A DNA stretch of 64,000 bases from Octopus vulgaris (taxonomy: Eukaryota). The position numbers were made by a program, and so were the translations under genes. The stretch's first letter is position 1, and each line of letters begins with the position of its first letter. Location: contig OX597816.1 of assembly GCA_951406725.2 (NCBI GenBank), positions 11,966,001 to 12,030,000 on the forward strand, in the 5' to 3' direction. Positions 1 through 12,176 of this stretch are shown here, in pieces. The notes under the pieces are model-generated. The model did no database searches and had not been told where the DNA came from. It was given only the letters and a program-made list of their open reading frames with translations.

Positions 1-74
1 ATGTATATATATATAAACACATACGCACGCACACACAAACACACACACACACACACACACACATACGCAATCGC

Positions 75-222
75 TTTTTTCAGTTTCCATCTACCATATC
101 CACTCATGAGGCTTTGGTCAGCCCTAGGCTATAGTAGAAGACACATGCCCAAGGCGCCACACAGTGGGACTGAATCTAGAACCATGTGGTTGGGAAGCAA
201 GCTTCTTACCACACAGCCACAC
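75..222 (-). mobile_element. tRNA-derived SINE family A, 5' half
   Basis: Reverse complement matches the head of the full copies at 1163 and 13153 (gtggctgtgtggtaagaagcttgc...ccttgggc...gtcttctactatagcc). Confidence 0.8.
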
Positions 223-789
223 CTAAGTCTATATGTATATTTCCATACCAAGACTAATCATGTTTATCTTTTTCAGCCACTCTTCGCCCCATGGAATTCG
301 TTCTCCATATATAGACTTCAGACTTTATGTTCACATTGTTTAAGAACTGATATCTGTTTTCTATTTTCTAGCATCTCTAGCTCTCATCTTGTGACTATAT
401 ACACACACAGAGATACACATACAAAGCTTAAACATTTCCTCCAGAAAGATGTAAAACTGTTTATGCCAGGACCAGTATTAAATTGGAAATGAACAAGATA
501 TGTTCATGCATGAATCGAAAGGTGAAGACTGGCTAACAACAGGAAAAGTAGATATTTTTTGTGTTACATTTCCACGGCAAATGAACTAGTTTTGAAGTTT
601 GCAGGTGAAAAATAAAATGCATTACTACCAGATAAAAAGTAATTAGGAACTATAATTTCGTTGCTGCTGGTTAGATTTCAGTGTCCCTTGTGCTGCAAAG
701 CAAGGATGAAAATTCCTTCTAATTTTGGCACAAAGCCAATTATTGTTTTTAGAAGAGGGGATTTGTCAATTACATCAATGCCAATATTT

Positions 790-932
790 CATTAGTACAT
801 TATTTTATTGACCTGAAAATATGAAAGACAAAATTGACCTTGCTGGGATTTGAACTCCAAAGATAAAGAGCCAGATGAAATGCCAGTAAACATTTTGTCC
901 AAAGTACATAGCATCCTGCCAGATCACTGCTT
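790..932 (-). mobile_element. tRNA-derived SINE family F, degenerate
   Basis: Diverged reverse match to the copy at 16427 (gagttcaaat B-box; tcaat tttgtctttcat central block). Confidence 0.6.
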
Positions 933-2300
933 TAATGATAATACCTGTAATGTGATGATGGATGTAAATATGTCAAAGGAACAGCAATGGGTACATAATT
1001 TGCCCCTACTTTTGCAAATGTGATGGAATATATAAAAAAAAAATTTATAAACTGCCTGAGATAATGTTTGATGCAAGTTTTAAATATTCTTAAAGAGAAA
1101 AGATAATTTAATGACTGTTTTATATTTTCAATGGAATAATAATGCAATTACAAAATTCTCAAGAGTGGCTGTGTAATAAGTAGCTTGCTTACCAACCACA
1201 TGGTCCCAGTTTCATTCCCACTGCATGGTACCTTGGGCAAGTGTCTTCTACTATAGCCTCGGGCCAACCAAAGCCTTGTGAGTGTATTTGGTAGATGGAA
1301 ACAGAAAGAAGCCCATTGTATATATATATATGTGTATCTTTGTGTGTCTGTGTTTGTCCTCAACCATCGCTTGAAAACCGTTGTTGGAGTGTTTACGTCC
1401 CAGTAAATTAGTGGTTCGGCAAAAGAGACCAATAGAATAAGTACTAGACTAACAAAGAATAAGTCCAGGGGTTGATTTGTTTGACTAAAGGCGGTACTCC
1501 AGCATGGCAGTGGTCAAATGACCGAAACAAATAAAAGAATAACAATATTTATGAATCAATCAAATTCCTAATAGAAATGAAACAATGAGAACAAACATTG
1601 GTGGATATTCTGTTAATTAATGAAATAATTAAAGCTGATCTCTACTGTAAAGATATGGTTACGTGCTCATGCCTAAATATTTGATCTTACCATCATTGGT
1701 TTCTCAAAGAAATATCTTGTCAAATTATGGTAAAATGTGTATGTTCAATATTGCTAGATTCAACTAGAGGACAGTAACTGCTGGAATAATTTTTAGTATT
1801 CTTTGAATTACAAAATATTTGGACAGCTTGTTAAGTAATTCTACATAACCAAGGAAAAATAAATAATCATTCTTTATTTACAAAGTTACATTACTAATGG
1901 AACACAAATGAAATTATTCCATATAGAAATCACTATGTCTTGAATCCCACTAAATGATAATTTTCATTGCTATATCACACATAAAAAATAAAGGTCACAT
2001 TTACATCAAAAGAAATTATAAATGTATTAAAAACTGAAGACCCTCATAGCTGGATGTTTAAGCTTTTGAAGAGTGACATTGGAAATTCAAGAATGGAAGG
2101 ATTTAAAAGTTAAAGGAAATATGAAATGCAAATCAAATTGTTTAATTTACTACATAACATATCCAACATGTTGTAAGAATTATATTGGTGAAACAGTAAT
2201 AAAATTAATAGAAAGAAACAAAATTAATGAACAGAGTCAGGATACATAAACAACAAGTAAAAGATACCTTATCCTGTAGCGAACGTTCTGAAATTTGAGG
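933..2300 (+). pseudogene. Decayed Penelope-like retroelement (RT + GIY-YIG endonuclease), interrupted by a SINE
   Basis: Hand translation gives KGTAMGT*FAPTFAN (~975-1020), NDCFIF (decayed YxDD motif, ~1110), IKFLIE...DILL...KADLYCK (~1555-1650) and MKCKSNCLIYYITYPTCCKNYIGET (~2120-2195). This is the PLE RT/GIY-YIG motif order, with many stops and frameshifts. Confidence 0.75.
1163..1541 (+). mobile_element. tRNA-derived SINE family A, full length
   Basis: tRNA-like head, ccttgggcaagtgtctt CORE-like block, internal (TA/TG)n, and tail ggcggtactccagcatggc...gaaacaaataaaagaat. More than 15 related copies or fragments occur in the window. Confidence 0.85.
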
Positions 2301-2469
2301 AAACTGAGTTTTATAATATTCCCTTTTCTGGGATAAAAGAATATGGTAAACATTTAAGCAAAGCAAAATAACGTGTTATAAAATTTTTCCAGTCCAACAC
2401 TAAACCAGATACAAATGCTGATAATCATAAGCACTAACAAATTTTATCACAGGGTTATGTCAATCAATG

Positions 2470-2514
<45 letters not shown>

Positions 2515-2774
2515 TATACATATATATATATGAATATTTATATTTTTTGCAATTTACTTAATCATTGACTTTTATTGTTATTTTAATTTTAATATATGTA
2601 ATTTTCTAGATGGTGTAATTTAATTGTTCATTTTGAATTGATAAAAGGTGTTTTTTTCTAATTTTTTATATATGTTATATTGTGTGAAATTTGATTTAGT
2701 ATTTCTAAATTGAATTTTTTTCCTTGTAAGTTTGGATTTTATTCCCTCAAATAATTATTATTATTATTATGCAT

Positions 2775-2816
<42 letters not shown>

Positions 2817-3086
2817 ACAAACGTACATCCACACATAGACATGCATACACACTCACACACACACATACATACATATCTCTCTCCAAAACAGTAAGTTACA
2901 TTGCGGAACAGTCATTTTAATGAGTTGTATTTAATTATCACCCAATGAGATACATCCGTGCCACCAGATGCTCCTGAACCAGTTGTTGAGTGTCCCACCC
3001 AAGAGGAATTGATGTTAGATGTGCCGAAATAATTGCTGTGATTTGTTATAAATTCTCGTATATTCCATCTTCTGTCTTCCATTTGC

Positions 3087-3124
<38 letters not shown>

Positions 3125-3402
3125 CACACATGCACATACACACTAAGGTCAAATCGCAACACTGTCAACTTCACCTTTCTTATTTTCGAGTTGATGAATA
3201 AAATACCTTTTGTGCTAATCTCAGTTCTTCTCTTTGTCATTCTATCTTTCTGTCTGTCTCTTTCCCTCTCTCTCTCTTTTCTTCTAAAAGAAATTGACAA
3301 TGGTCACACCTGGAGAGGACTGGGCACCAACTGGTCTTATACTGCATATAATGCCAATGGCACAACACTTCTACCAGGAAGTTAAGAACTCAGGGCATAT
3401 AT

Positions 3403-3600
3403 CATCATCATCATCATCATCATCATCATTGTCGTCGTTTAACTTCTGCTTTCCATGCTAGCATGGGTTGGGTGGTTTGAATGAAGGCTGGTGAGCCAGA
3501 GGGCTGCACCAGACTCCAATCTGATCTGGCAAAGTTTCTACAACTGGGTGTCGTTCCTAATGCCAACCATTCCGAGAGTGTAGAGGGTGCTTTTACGTGC
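3403..3600 (-). mobile_element. RTE LINE 3' end (family B)
   Basis: (CAT)n followed by gtttaac...ccatgctagcatgggttgg; reverse of the 3' UTR of the ORF-bearing RTE at 27576-29356. Confidence 0.8.
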
Positions 3601-3706
3601 TTTTATGTATGTATATATATATATATATATATATATGTAAAGCACACAAATGCAATAGAAATATTGTTGTTCCTATATCTCTCAATGAGATATAGGAACA
3701 GCACTT

Positions 3707-4036
3707 TAAAATAACGCTTTTTTGCCAACCTAGTGTAGTAGTCGCATTTTGGGGCGAATGTTACTGTTGTTTAGCCCCAGAAGACATCGTCTCTAGCTGG
3801 CTATATGACACACGATCTGTGTTCTTATATTTTCAATCAGGGGAGGTTATTACCCCCATCAGGACATAAGAAAAATAACCCCATAACCCCGAAACCATAT
3901 AGTCCACAGATACTGCTTTGTGCTGGGTTGGGGTGCTAAACTTCCCTGATTGAAAATATTAGGACACAGATCATGTGTCATGTAGCCAGCTGGTGACAAT
4001 ATCCCACACTAGGTTGGCAAAAAAATCGTTACTTTA
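3707..4036. mobile_element. MITE-like element with long imperfect terminal inverted repeats
   Basis: taaaataacgctttttttgccaacctagtgt at the left end pairs with acactaggttggcaaaaaaatcgttacttta at the right. Inner arms agctggcta..tgacac..gatctgtgt..tattttcaatcaggg are also inverted. A related fragment lies near 14605-14730. Confidence 0.7.
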
Positions 4037-4140
4037 TATAAAAACACATATATATAAATGTGTATATATATATATATTTATATACTTATGCATATGTATA
4101 AACAGATATATTCACACCCGTATATATATATTCATATATA

Positions 4141-4536
4141 TCACCATCATTCTCTTTTAATGTCTGCTTTCCATGCTAGCATGGGTTGGATGATTTGACT
4201 GAGTACTGGCAAAACAGATGGCTGCACCAGGCTCCACTCTGATCTGGCAGAGTTTCTACAGCTGGATGCTCTGCCTAACGCCAACCACTCCAAGAGTCTA
4301 GTGGGTGCTTTTATGTGCCACCAGCATGAGGGCCACTCAGGCGGTACTGGCAACAGCCATGTTCAAATAGTGGTTTTTATGTGCCACCTGCACAGGAGCC
4401 AGTTCAGCGGCACTGGCAACTACCTCGCTTGAATGTTTTTCATGTGCCACCAGCACAAGTGCCAGTGAGGTGACGCTGGTAATGATCACATTTGAATGGT
4501 GCATTTTATGTGCCACCAGCACAGAAGCCATTCAGC

Positions 4537-4538
<2 letters not shown>
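4141..4538 (-). mobile_element. RTE LINE 3' end (family B)
   Basis: Same 3' UTR with four internal gtgccacc.gcac modules. Confidence 0.8.
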
Positions 4539-4575
<37 letters not shown>

Positions 4576-4599
4576 GTATGTATATGTATCTATACATAA

Positions 4600-4631
<32 letters not shown>

Positions 4632-5694
4632 ATACACACATACAAACACATATATGTATGCGTATATGCATGTATATGTATTAGTGGGCCTTAATGAATT
4701 TACTTGTGGTTAGCTCACACTTTATAACTCCACATTGACACTTACCGGTTCAATATTGTTCCAATCAAATATAAGTATGAGTGAAGTCATCCACAAATAA
4801 TAATATATTATATATCTATGAAGACTCCCCACCCTTCACCACAACCACCTCCACTACCTTCCCCTTTCATCTTCCTCTTCCTCAGTCACCTTTACATTAT
4901 ATCCCCACCCTCGTCTTGCACCCCTTCACTTCTTCGTCCATATTTCTAGGACTTTGAATGTCTCAGTTTAGTATGTCTTACTTCAAAGCAATTTAGGTTT
5001 TCATTCACAGAACAATCTGTATTCATTAAGAGAGAGATATATTAGATTGCGGGTTTGACTATCAAACATCATTAATCACCCAGCATCTTATAGCAGTGAC
5101 TGGGGAATTGTTATTAGCACTCCTGCATGGAAAGAGTATTGTAAACCCAAACAAAGACACTAGCAATATATTAATCTCTTTCACAAAGTAATGCTTATTA
5201 TTTGTCACTCGTATTGCATTTGAAAGTTCTATGAATTATTTCATTCTCATCATTGGCTTTAGATTTTCATTTAACAATGACCAATTGTTAGTATCCCTGG
5301 AGATTTAACATTCTTAAAATCATTGGAAGAATTTCAGGAACTAGCAATAAGTTGTTCATTTAGAAACTAACTTTGTTCTTGTTGCAGAGTATCACATGCT
5401 ATGATTAAATGAATAGATGAAGATGCATTAAGTTAATTTTGATTATTGAACAAGTTTATTTTCCACTAATTTGTGAAGTCGATAAAGCATCATGATCAAT
5501 GTAATTATTTAGTTACATAATTTGTTGAAGTACAGGGCCTCTTCTCAATTTGAAATATTTGTATCTCTTGGTTTATTGATTTTGTGAAGAATAAAAAAGG
5601 AATTTAAAGGACGTAGAAGTGTAGTTAGAAGCTTAACAACCAGTGGTGGTTCTTTGGTTTGATGTTCCTTCCATGTAAAAACAGAGAACACACA

Positions 5695-5904
5695 ACATTA
5701 TTTACATTATTTACATTATTTACATTTGACAGATATTTGTCCTCATCTTGTTTGTTGTTAACACGTTTCGGTTGATATACCCTCCAGCCTTCATCAGGTG
5801 TCTTGGGGAAATTTCAAACCTGAATTCTCATATGGCATAGTGATTAAGAGTGCAGGCTACTAACCCCAAGATTCCGAGTTCAATTCCTGGCAGTGACCTG
5901 AATG

Positions 5905-5995
<91 letters not shown>

Positions 5996-6155
5996 TAATT
6001 ATAACTTCTGAACTTCCAACATGAACTTCTAACTTGTTGTCTCTTGAGGTCTCTGGATGAGACTTGGATCCAACTTCTACAAATGCAAAGCAAAAGTCAA
6101 ACATAAAATGATAATAATAATAATAATAATAACATTGAAAAATACCTTAGGAATG
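5695..6155. mobile_element. tRNA-headed SINE with hammerhead-bearing tail in opposite orientation
   Basis: Plus-strand head 5831-5900 has an A-box (tggcatagtga) and B-box (gagttcaattcc), then (AAT)n. Minus-strand segment 5695-5830 carries CTGATGA...GAAA and ends in (aatgtaaat)x3. Confidence 0.65.
5761..5801 (-). ncRNA. Minimal type I hammerhead ribozyme motif, damaged at the cleavage site
   Basis: Minus strand reads acac-CTGATGA-a-GGCTG-gagggtatat-CAACC-GAAA-cgtgt. Both core boxes and stem II are present; the stem III/cleavage region is too short. Confidence 0.55.
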
Positions 6156-6188
6156 CCTTGTTGTAGAGGATGTACAAGGTTATCCAGC

Positions 6189-6230
<42 letters not shown>

Positions 6231-6559
6231 AGGAATGAAGACAGAAACAGGTGTGCTACTGCAAAGGAAATACATGGTTACCCAGCCTGAGGGAAGCGCA
6301 AGAGAAGGCCTAAAAAAATGAAAAAAATAGGTACTGGGGTAGATTCATTCAACAAAAAAATTCATCAAGGTGGTGCCCCAGCATGGCCACAGTCTAGTGA
6401 CTAAAGCAGATGAAAGAACAAAAGATAAACGATGCAAGATTACAATATGTAAAAATAGAATTGAGGTAATTGATTGGGTCGAGCTAATTAATGTTATACA
6501 ATGATCATCTCTGTCCGAAATTATCTCCTCCTCTTTTTGGAATTCTCTATTTTCTTCTA

Positions 6560-6760
6560 AAGTGCAAGACATTGCTGCAGAACTAAACAAGAATCTGGCG
6601 AGTAATCTACTGGTGTGGATACCCAAAGCATGGCCATACGCAAGCAGGTTGTCTTGAAAGACACTGGATGCCCCTGCAAAGAAGATGTCCCTCAACTAAT
6701 GCTGGATTGAGATGGATGGCATGCACTGATTAGAAATTCACAAACAAGCTCAATCAGATG
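6560..6760 (+). mobile_element. Decayed C-terminus of a second RTE-type LINE
   Basis: Translates with frameshifts to RHCCRTKQE/LASNLLVWIPK/HG...KDTG...ML D*DGW, followed directly by a (GAT)n tail. Confidence 0.6.
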
Positions 6761-6935
6761 ATGATGATGATGATGATGGTGATGGTGGTGGTGGTGGTGC
6801 TGGTGATGGTGGTGGTGGTGGTGGTGGTGGAGGTGGTGATGTAGGTGATGGTGATGATGAATATGGTGATGATGATGGTGGTGGTGGTGATGATGATGAT
6901 GGTGGTGATGGTGGTGATGATGATGATGATGTAGA

Positions 6936-6969
<34 letters not shown>

Positions 6970-6995
6970 GATGATGGTGATGGTGGTGATGATGT

Positions 6996-7026
<31 letters not shown>

Positions 7027-7052
7027 GATGATGGTGATGGTGGTGATGATGT

Positions 7053-7083
<31 letters not shown>

Positions 7084-7118
7084 GGTGGTGGTGATGCTGG
7101 TGGCGGTGGTGATGATGG

Positions 7119-7150
<32 letters not shown>

Positions 7151-7196
7151 GTTGTCGTGGGGGTGGTGGTGGTGATGATGATGATGATGATGATGA
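6757..7196. repeat. (GAT/GGT)n compound microsatellite
   Basis: Directly visible; source of the poly-His and poly-Met/Val ORFs. Confidence 0.95.
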
Positions 7197-8097
7197 AATT
7201 GCTTCAAGACCACCATTATTAACTGCTCCGAAATGTTTTGTTTATTCTTCATTTCTCTCTCAGGAAATCTGCTGGGCATTACTCCAGAAACCGTATTTTG
7301 ACACTTTTAATGGTTTGTCAAAGCATCCTGTTTTTTGGCTGCTGTTTTTTTCTTGTTTGTTTTTTTTTTTGTTTTTTTTGCAGTGATAACTGCTCATGAC
7401 AATAAATCCCTTTCTCAGGCCAACCAGCACTTGCTCAGCAGCAAAATTCAGAGAGGAAAGAGTTAATAGTTAATCAACAACAACCATTACAATCGTTATT
7501 TAAAATTGCCAACACCATTAATTTATTTCCAGCAAATTCTCTGGAGATTTTTCAACAAATTCATTAATTAAAATAAAATAAAATAAAAAAATTAATTAGT
7601 CCGTATTGTCTTGCCAAGGTTTCAACAATGCAAGATTCACTCATACAGTTTCTTATAGTTCTTTTTCTTCATCCCACTTGGCTCTTTCATCTTATTCTTA
7701 TGAATTAACTTTTAGTGCCAAACCATAAATCTACAAAAAAAAAAAAGAAAAAGAAAAATCGAAAAAAAAAAAAAAAAAAGGAATTCTCTCTCAGCCTCTG
7801 TAGAATATTCAATCATGTAAAACCATGAAGTTAATTTTTAAAAAATTTTAGAATCAAGGCAAAAATGCAAATAAAATTTTTTCAAATAAAAATTGTGATT
7901 GCTATCTTTCTACACTGCATAGCTAGATGCAGGTGTGGTTGTGTGGTAAGAAGCTTGCTTCTCACCCACATGGTCCCAGGTTCAGTTCCATTGCATGTGC
8001 TGTATAAGTATTCATATACCCCCTCTATTGACAAGAATACAAGTACCTGTTTCTTTTTGCCTCATGGCTACTTAGACAACAATATATATATATATTC

Positions 8098-8358
8098 TGT
8101 TACTTGTTTCAGTCATTTGAGTGTGGCCATGCTGGAGCAGCGCTTTTATTCGAAGAAATTGACCTCAGGACTTATTCTCTGTAGGCCTAGTATTTATTTT
8201 ATCAGTCTCTTTTGCCGAACCACTAAGTTATGGGGATCTGAACACACAAACGCTGGTTGTGAAGTGATGGTGGCAGGAGAAACACAGACGCACAAATACA
8301 TACATACATGCATGCATGCATGTATGTATGTATGTATGTATGCATGCATGTATGCATG

Positions 8359-8390
<32 letters not shown>

Positions 8391-8460
8391 CATACATGCA
8401 TGCATGCATGCATACATACATACATACATACATGCATGCATACATACATGCATGCATGCA

Positions 8461-8494
<34 letters not shown>

Positions 8495-8722
8495 CATACA
8501 TACATATATATATACATACATATATATACATACACACACACACACAAACACACATATACGACGGGCTTCTTTTCAATTTCCGTCTACCAAATTCACCTAC
8601 AAGGCTTTGGTCGGCCTGAGGATATAGTAGAAGACACTTACTTAAGGTGCCACATAGTGCGGGACTGAATCCAGAACCATGTGGTTGGAGAGCAAGCTTC
8701 TTACCCCATAGCCATGACTGCA
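8098..8722 (-). mobile_element. SINE family A with expanded internal (TACA/TGCA)n tract
   Basis: Tail at 8098-8290 and head at 8560-8722 on the minus strand, separated by ~270 bp of microsatellite. Confidence 0.8.
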
Positions 8723-8743
8723 CCTACCTATATACATACATAC

Positions 8744-8794
<51 letters not shown>

Positions 8795-8805
8795 TACATA
8801 TATAT

Positions 8806-9016
8806 CATCATCATCATCATCATCGTTTAGCGTCCGTTTTCCATGCTAGCATGGGTTGATGTTCTACTGGGGTCTGTGAAGCCAGAAGGCTTCATCAGGC
8901 CCAGTCAAATCTGGCAGTGTTTCTACGGCTGGATGCCCTTCCTAACGCCAACCACTCCGTGAGTGTAGTGGGTGCTTTTTACGTGCCACCCGCACTGGTG
9001 CCAGACAGAGCTGGCA
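8806..9016 (-). mobile_element. RTE LINE 3' end (young B subfamily)
   Basis: Nearly identical to 40410-40620 and 50762-50972. Confidence 0.85.
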
Positions 9017-9201
9017 ATATATACAAATTGAGATAGGGGTTGTAAATGCAACCCTCCCTGGGATAACATATATCCAATATACTGCTAGTGAAGTGCCCAA
9101 CAAAGTTAATACATAAATGTTAAGAATTGCGATACAATTAATTCATTTATTGTATTCTATGGACAAAGGTAAAATGTTTTACCACAAATTACTAATACAA
9201 A

Positions 9202-9420
9202 ATAAGAAAATGGAGAAATACATCGAAATCAAATATCAATTACCAGATAATACTCAATCACATACTTTATTAAACCACCATATAAGAGACTGTAGGGTTA
9301 AACATAATAATGTTTAATGTTTAACCTTATAGTTTCTTATGTGGTGGTTTAATAAAGTATGTGATTGAGTATTATCTGGTAATTGATATTTGATTTCGAT
9401 GTATTTCTCCATTTTCTTAT
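9202..9420. repeat. Long near-perfect inverted repeat (104-bp arms, 11-nt loop)
   Basis: 9202-9305 is the reverse complement of 9317-9420 with four substitutions. Confidence 0.95.
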
Positions 9421-9423
9421 CTT

Positions 9424-9754
9424 GTGTGGCTCAGTGGTTAGAGCGTCGAGCTTATGATCGTGAGGTTGTGAGCTCGAATCCCGGACCGGGCTGCGTGTTG
9501 TGTTCTTGAGCAAGACACTTTATTTCACGTTGCTCCAGTTCACTCAGCTGTAGAAATGAGTTGCGACGTCACAGGTGCCAAGCTGTATCGGCCCCTTTGC
9601 CTTTCCCTTGGACAACATCGGTGACGTGGAGAGGGAGGCCGGTATGCATGGGCGACTGCTGGTCTTCCATAAAACAACCTTGCCCAGACTTGTGCCTAAG
9701 AGGGTAACTCTCTAGGTGCAAACCCATGGTCAGTGTCTGACCGAAGGGGATCAC
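9424..9754 (+). mobile_element. tRNA-derived SINE family E
   Basis: A-box tggctcagtgg, B-box-like gagctcgaatcc, and tgtgttcttgagcaagacactt block. The tail is shared with 16722-16917 (minus). Confidence 0.85.
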
Positions 9755-10384
9755 TATATATATATATATATTTACACACATACACACACACACAAATGCA
9801 CAGAGAGAGAGAGAGACATGCATACAGACACACAGACTGACAGAGAGTCACACAGTACACATATGCATGCACATGCACACACATATACATTGAGTACAAA
9901 AGTAAAATCTCAATGGTTTTGACATAATCAATTCAGAACGCTTTGATAGACCAAAAAACATAACATGACCATAAACACCACCGCCACCACCACTACCACC
10001 ACCGCCGACGACGACGACAGTAACAAATATAATAATGTTGATAGTCTTACTAATGACATCGTACTAGTTTTATCACTGTTTACACCACTTTGAAATTTCA
10101 CAACACACCTTTGAAAGCTTGTAAAATTAGTAAGTACATCGTCTAATTAAGTGTGTGGCCATAATATACAGCTTTTAACATAAGACAACAGACAAACAGA
10201 TAGAGATGACTTGTTTGTTGAGTGTTTATAATGTTTCATTCCCGTTAGATTATTGACCAACAGCTATTAGTTTCATTCGAGTGGCTCGCATAAGACAAAA
10301 TCTTGCTGACACGGCTTTCATACCAGTTTGCTAAAGCGCACATGCACACATACATGTGTGTGTGTGTGTGTGTTTGCATACATG

Positions 10385-10438
<54 letters not shown>

Positions 10439-10439
10439 G

Positions 10440-10492
<53 letters not shown>

Positions 10493-10796
10493 TGTACCGA
10501 TATTTTAATCCATTCTCGTTGCTTTTTTCCTATTTGTAATCACCCCACTTGTCGTATGGTTAACACCATATAGATTTCCGGTGCATCCTAGTTAAGGACC
10601 ATATTCATGTGAATTCATTAGAATTCACTTGAATCTCAATTACTTAAACCGTATATATATATATATATATATATATGTTAAACGATGATGATGATGATGA
10701 TGATGTCTATATGCATGTATATGTATATATACATGTATATTTATATACTTGTATGCATGTATTTGTATAAATGCATATATTTGTATATGTACTTAT

Positions 10797-11330
10797 ATCA
10801 TCATCATCATCATCATCATTTAACGACCGTTTCCCATGCTAGCATGGCTTGGACTGTTCGACCAGGGTCTGGGAAGCCAGAAGGCTGCACCAGCCTCCAG
10901 TCTGATCTGGCAGTGCTTCTATAGCTGGAAGCCCTTCTTAATGCCAACCACTCCGTGAGTGTAGTAGGTGCTTTTTATGTACAGCTACAGAGGAGGCTGG
11001 CAACAGCCACGATCAGTTGGTGCTTTTTACATGCCAACGGCACAGAAGCCAGTCAAGGGGGCACTGGCATCAGCCACATTTGGATGGTACCTTTTATGTG
11101 CCACCGGCACAGGTATCACGACTGCAATTTCAATTTGATTTTCATTTTGATGTTGATGTACTTGACTCAATAGGTCTCCTCAAGCACAGCAGGTCTCTCT
11201 ATGATCAAAGGTACTTTTGAATGGGTTGGTTATGCGACACTGGTGTAGGATACACTTTATTGGCCAGGTCTTTGCAGTCACAGCATATCTCCGGAGGTCT
11301 TGGTCTTTCATCATAGCCTCTGTGAGGCCC
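10797..11330 (-). mobile_element. RTE LINE 3' fragment including ORF end
   Basis: Minus strand encodes LTEAMMKDQDLRRYAVTAKT, then the same 3' UTR as 28900-29356 and a (GAT)n tail. Confidence 0.85.
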
Positions 11331-12176
11331 AACGTCTGCATTCCATGCTGGCATGGGTTGAATGGTTTGATTAAGGTTTAGTGAGCTCACTAAACCTTAA
11401 TCAAACCTAGTGCTGCACTAGGCTCCAGTCTGATCTGGCAAGGTTTCTACAGCTGGATGCCTTTCCTAATGCCAACCACTCTGAGAGTGTAGTGGGTGCT
11501 TTTTACATGATTATTTAACTGCTACTTTATTTTATTGAGCCTGAAAAGATGAAATGCAAATTAACATCAGTGGGATTTGAACTCTGAATGTCAAGACCCA
11601 GAAGAAATCCTACAAGATATTTTCTCCTGTGCTGTAGTTATTTTGACAAGTCATTGCCTGAGTGAAGCAAATTTTCATATATGATATTAAAAAGCCAAGA
11701 TGCAACACCTCTTTAGCTGTTTTTTTTTTCCAAAATCAGAGATGAACAAATATAAAAAAAACATTGTGATTCAAATATATAAAGCATGTGTGAAAAGAAT
11801 GACTGAAGAGCAGTTATGTCAAGAAACTCTGTTGTATTCATGTGAAGAAGTGTGAGTAACTACGTAATGTATAATGAGGGGATATATATGGAATAACATG
11901 AGAACAAAGATTGGAAGAATGGGAAAACAACTTAATAAATCTTTGTGGTGTTTTAATTAATGATTTGTGTATTTGATTTCTTACATTTTCAACATTTGTG
12001 GAATATGTCAGTGATGCTACCCACAGTAGTCCTTGTGTTTTCTGTCCCTTTCTCATGCTCCAAAGCCTACACAAGCTTATACAGCAGACCCAAGTGTGCC
12101 ATCCTAACAAAGACATAATCTGGAGCACACCACTCTGTCCTTTTCCCTGCCAGCTAAATTAATGGAGTTTGTCTCT

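Noticed and set aside
6692-7279. Poly-His ORF, and similar poly-K/R/E/S/T ORFs at 21.0, 31.4, 41.0, 46.0 and 49.0 kb
   Set aside because: Trinucleotide microsatellites, often LINE tails; tract lengths and frames differ between the two duplicate copies.
9424-9500. tRNA-like sequences with A/B boxes (also 5831, 17075 and family A/F heads)
   Set aside because: No complete cloverleaf; each continues into a SINE body.
9637-9665. ggccggtatg resembling the start of an HDV ribozyme in SINE E
   Set aside because: Only a simple hairpin; I could not find the P2/P3/L3 nested pseudoknot elements.
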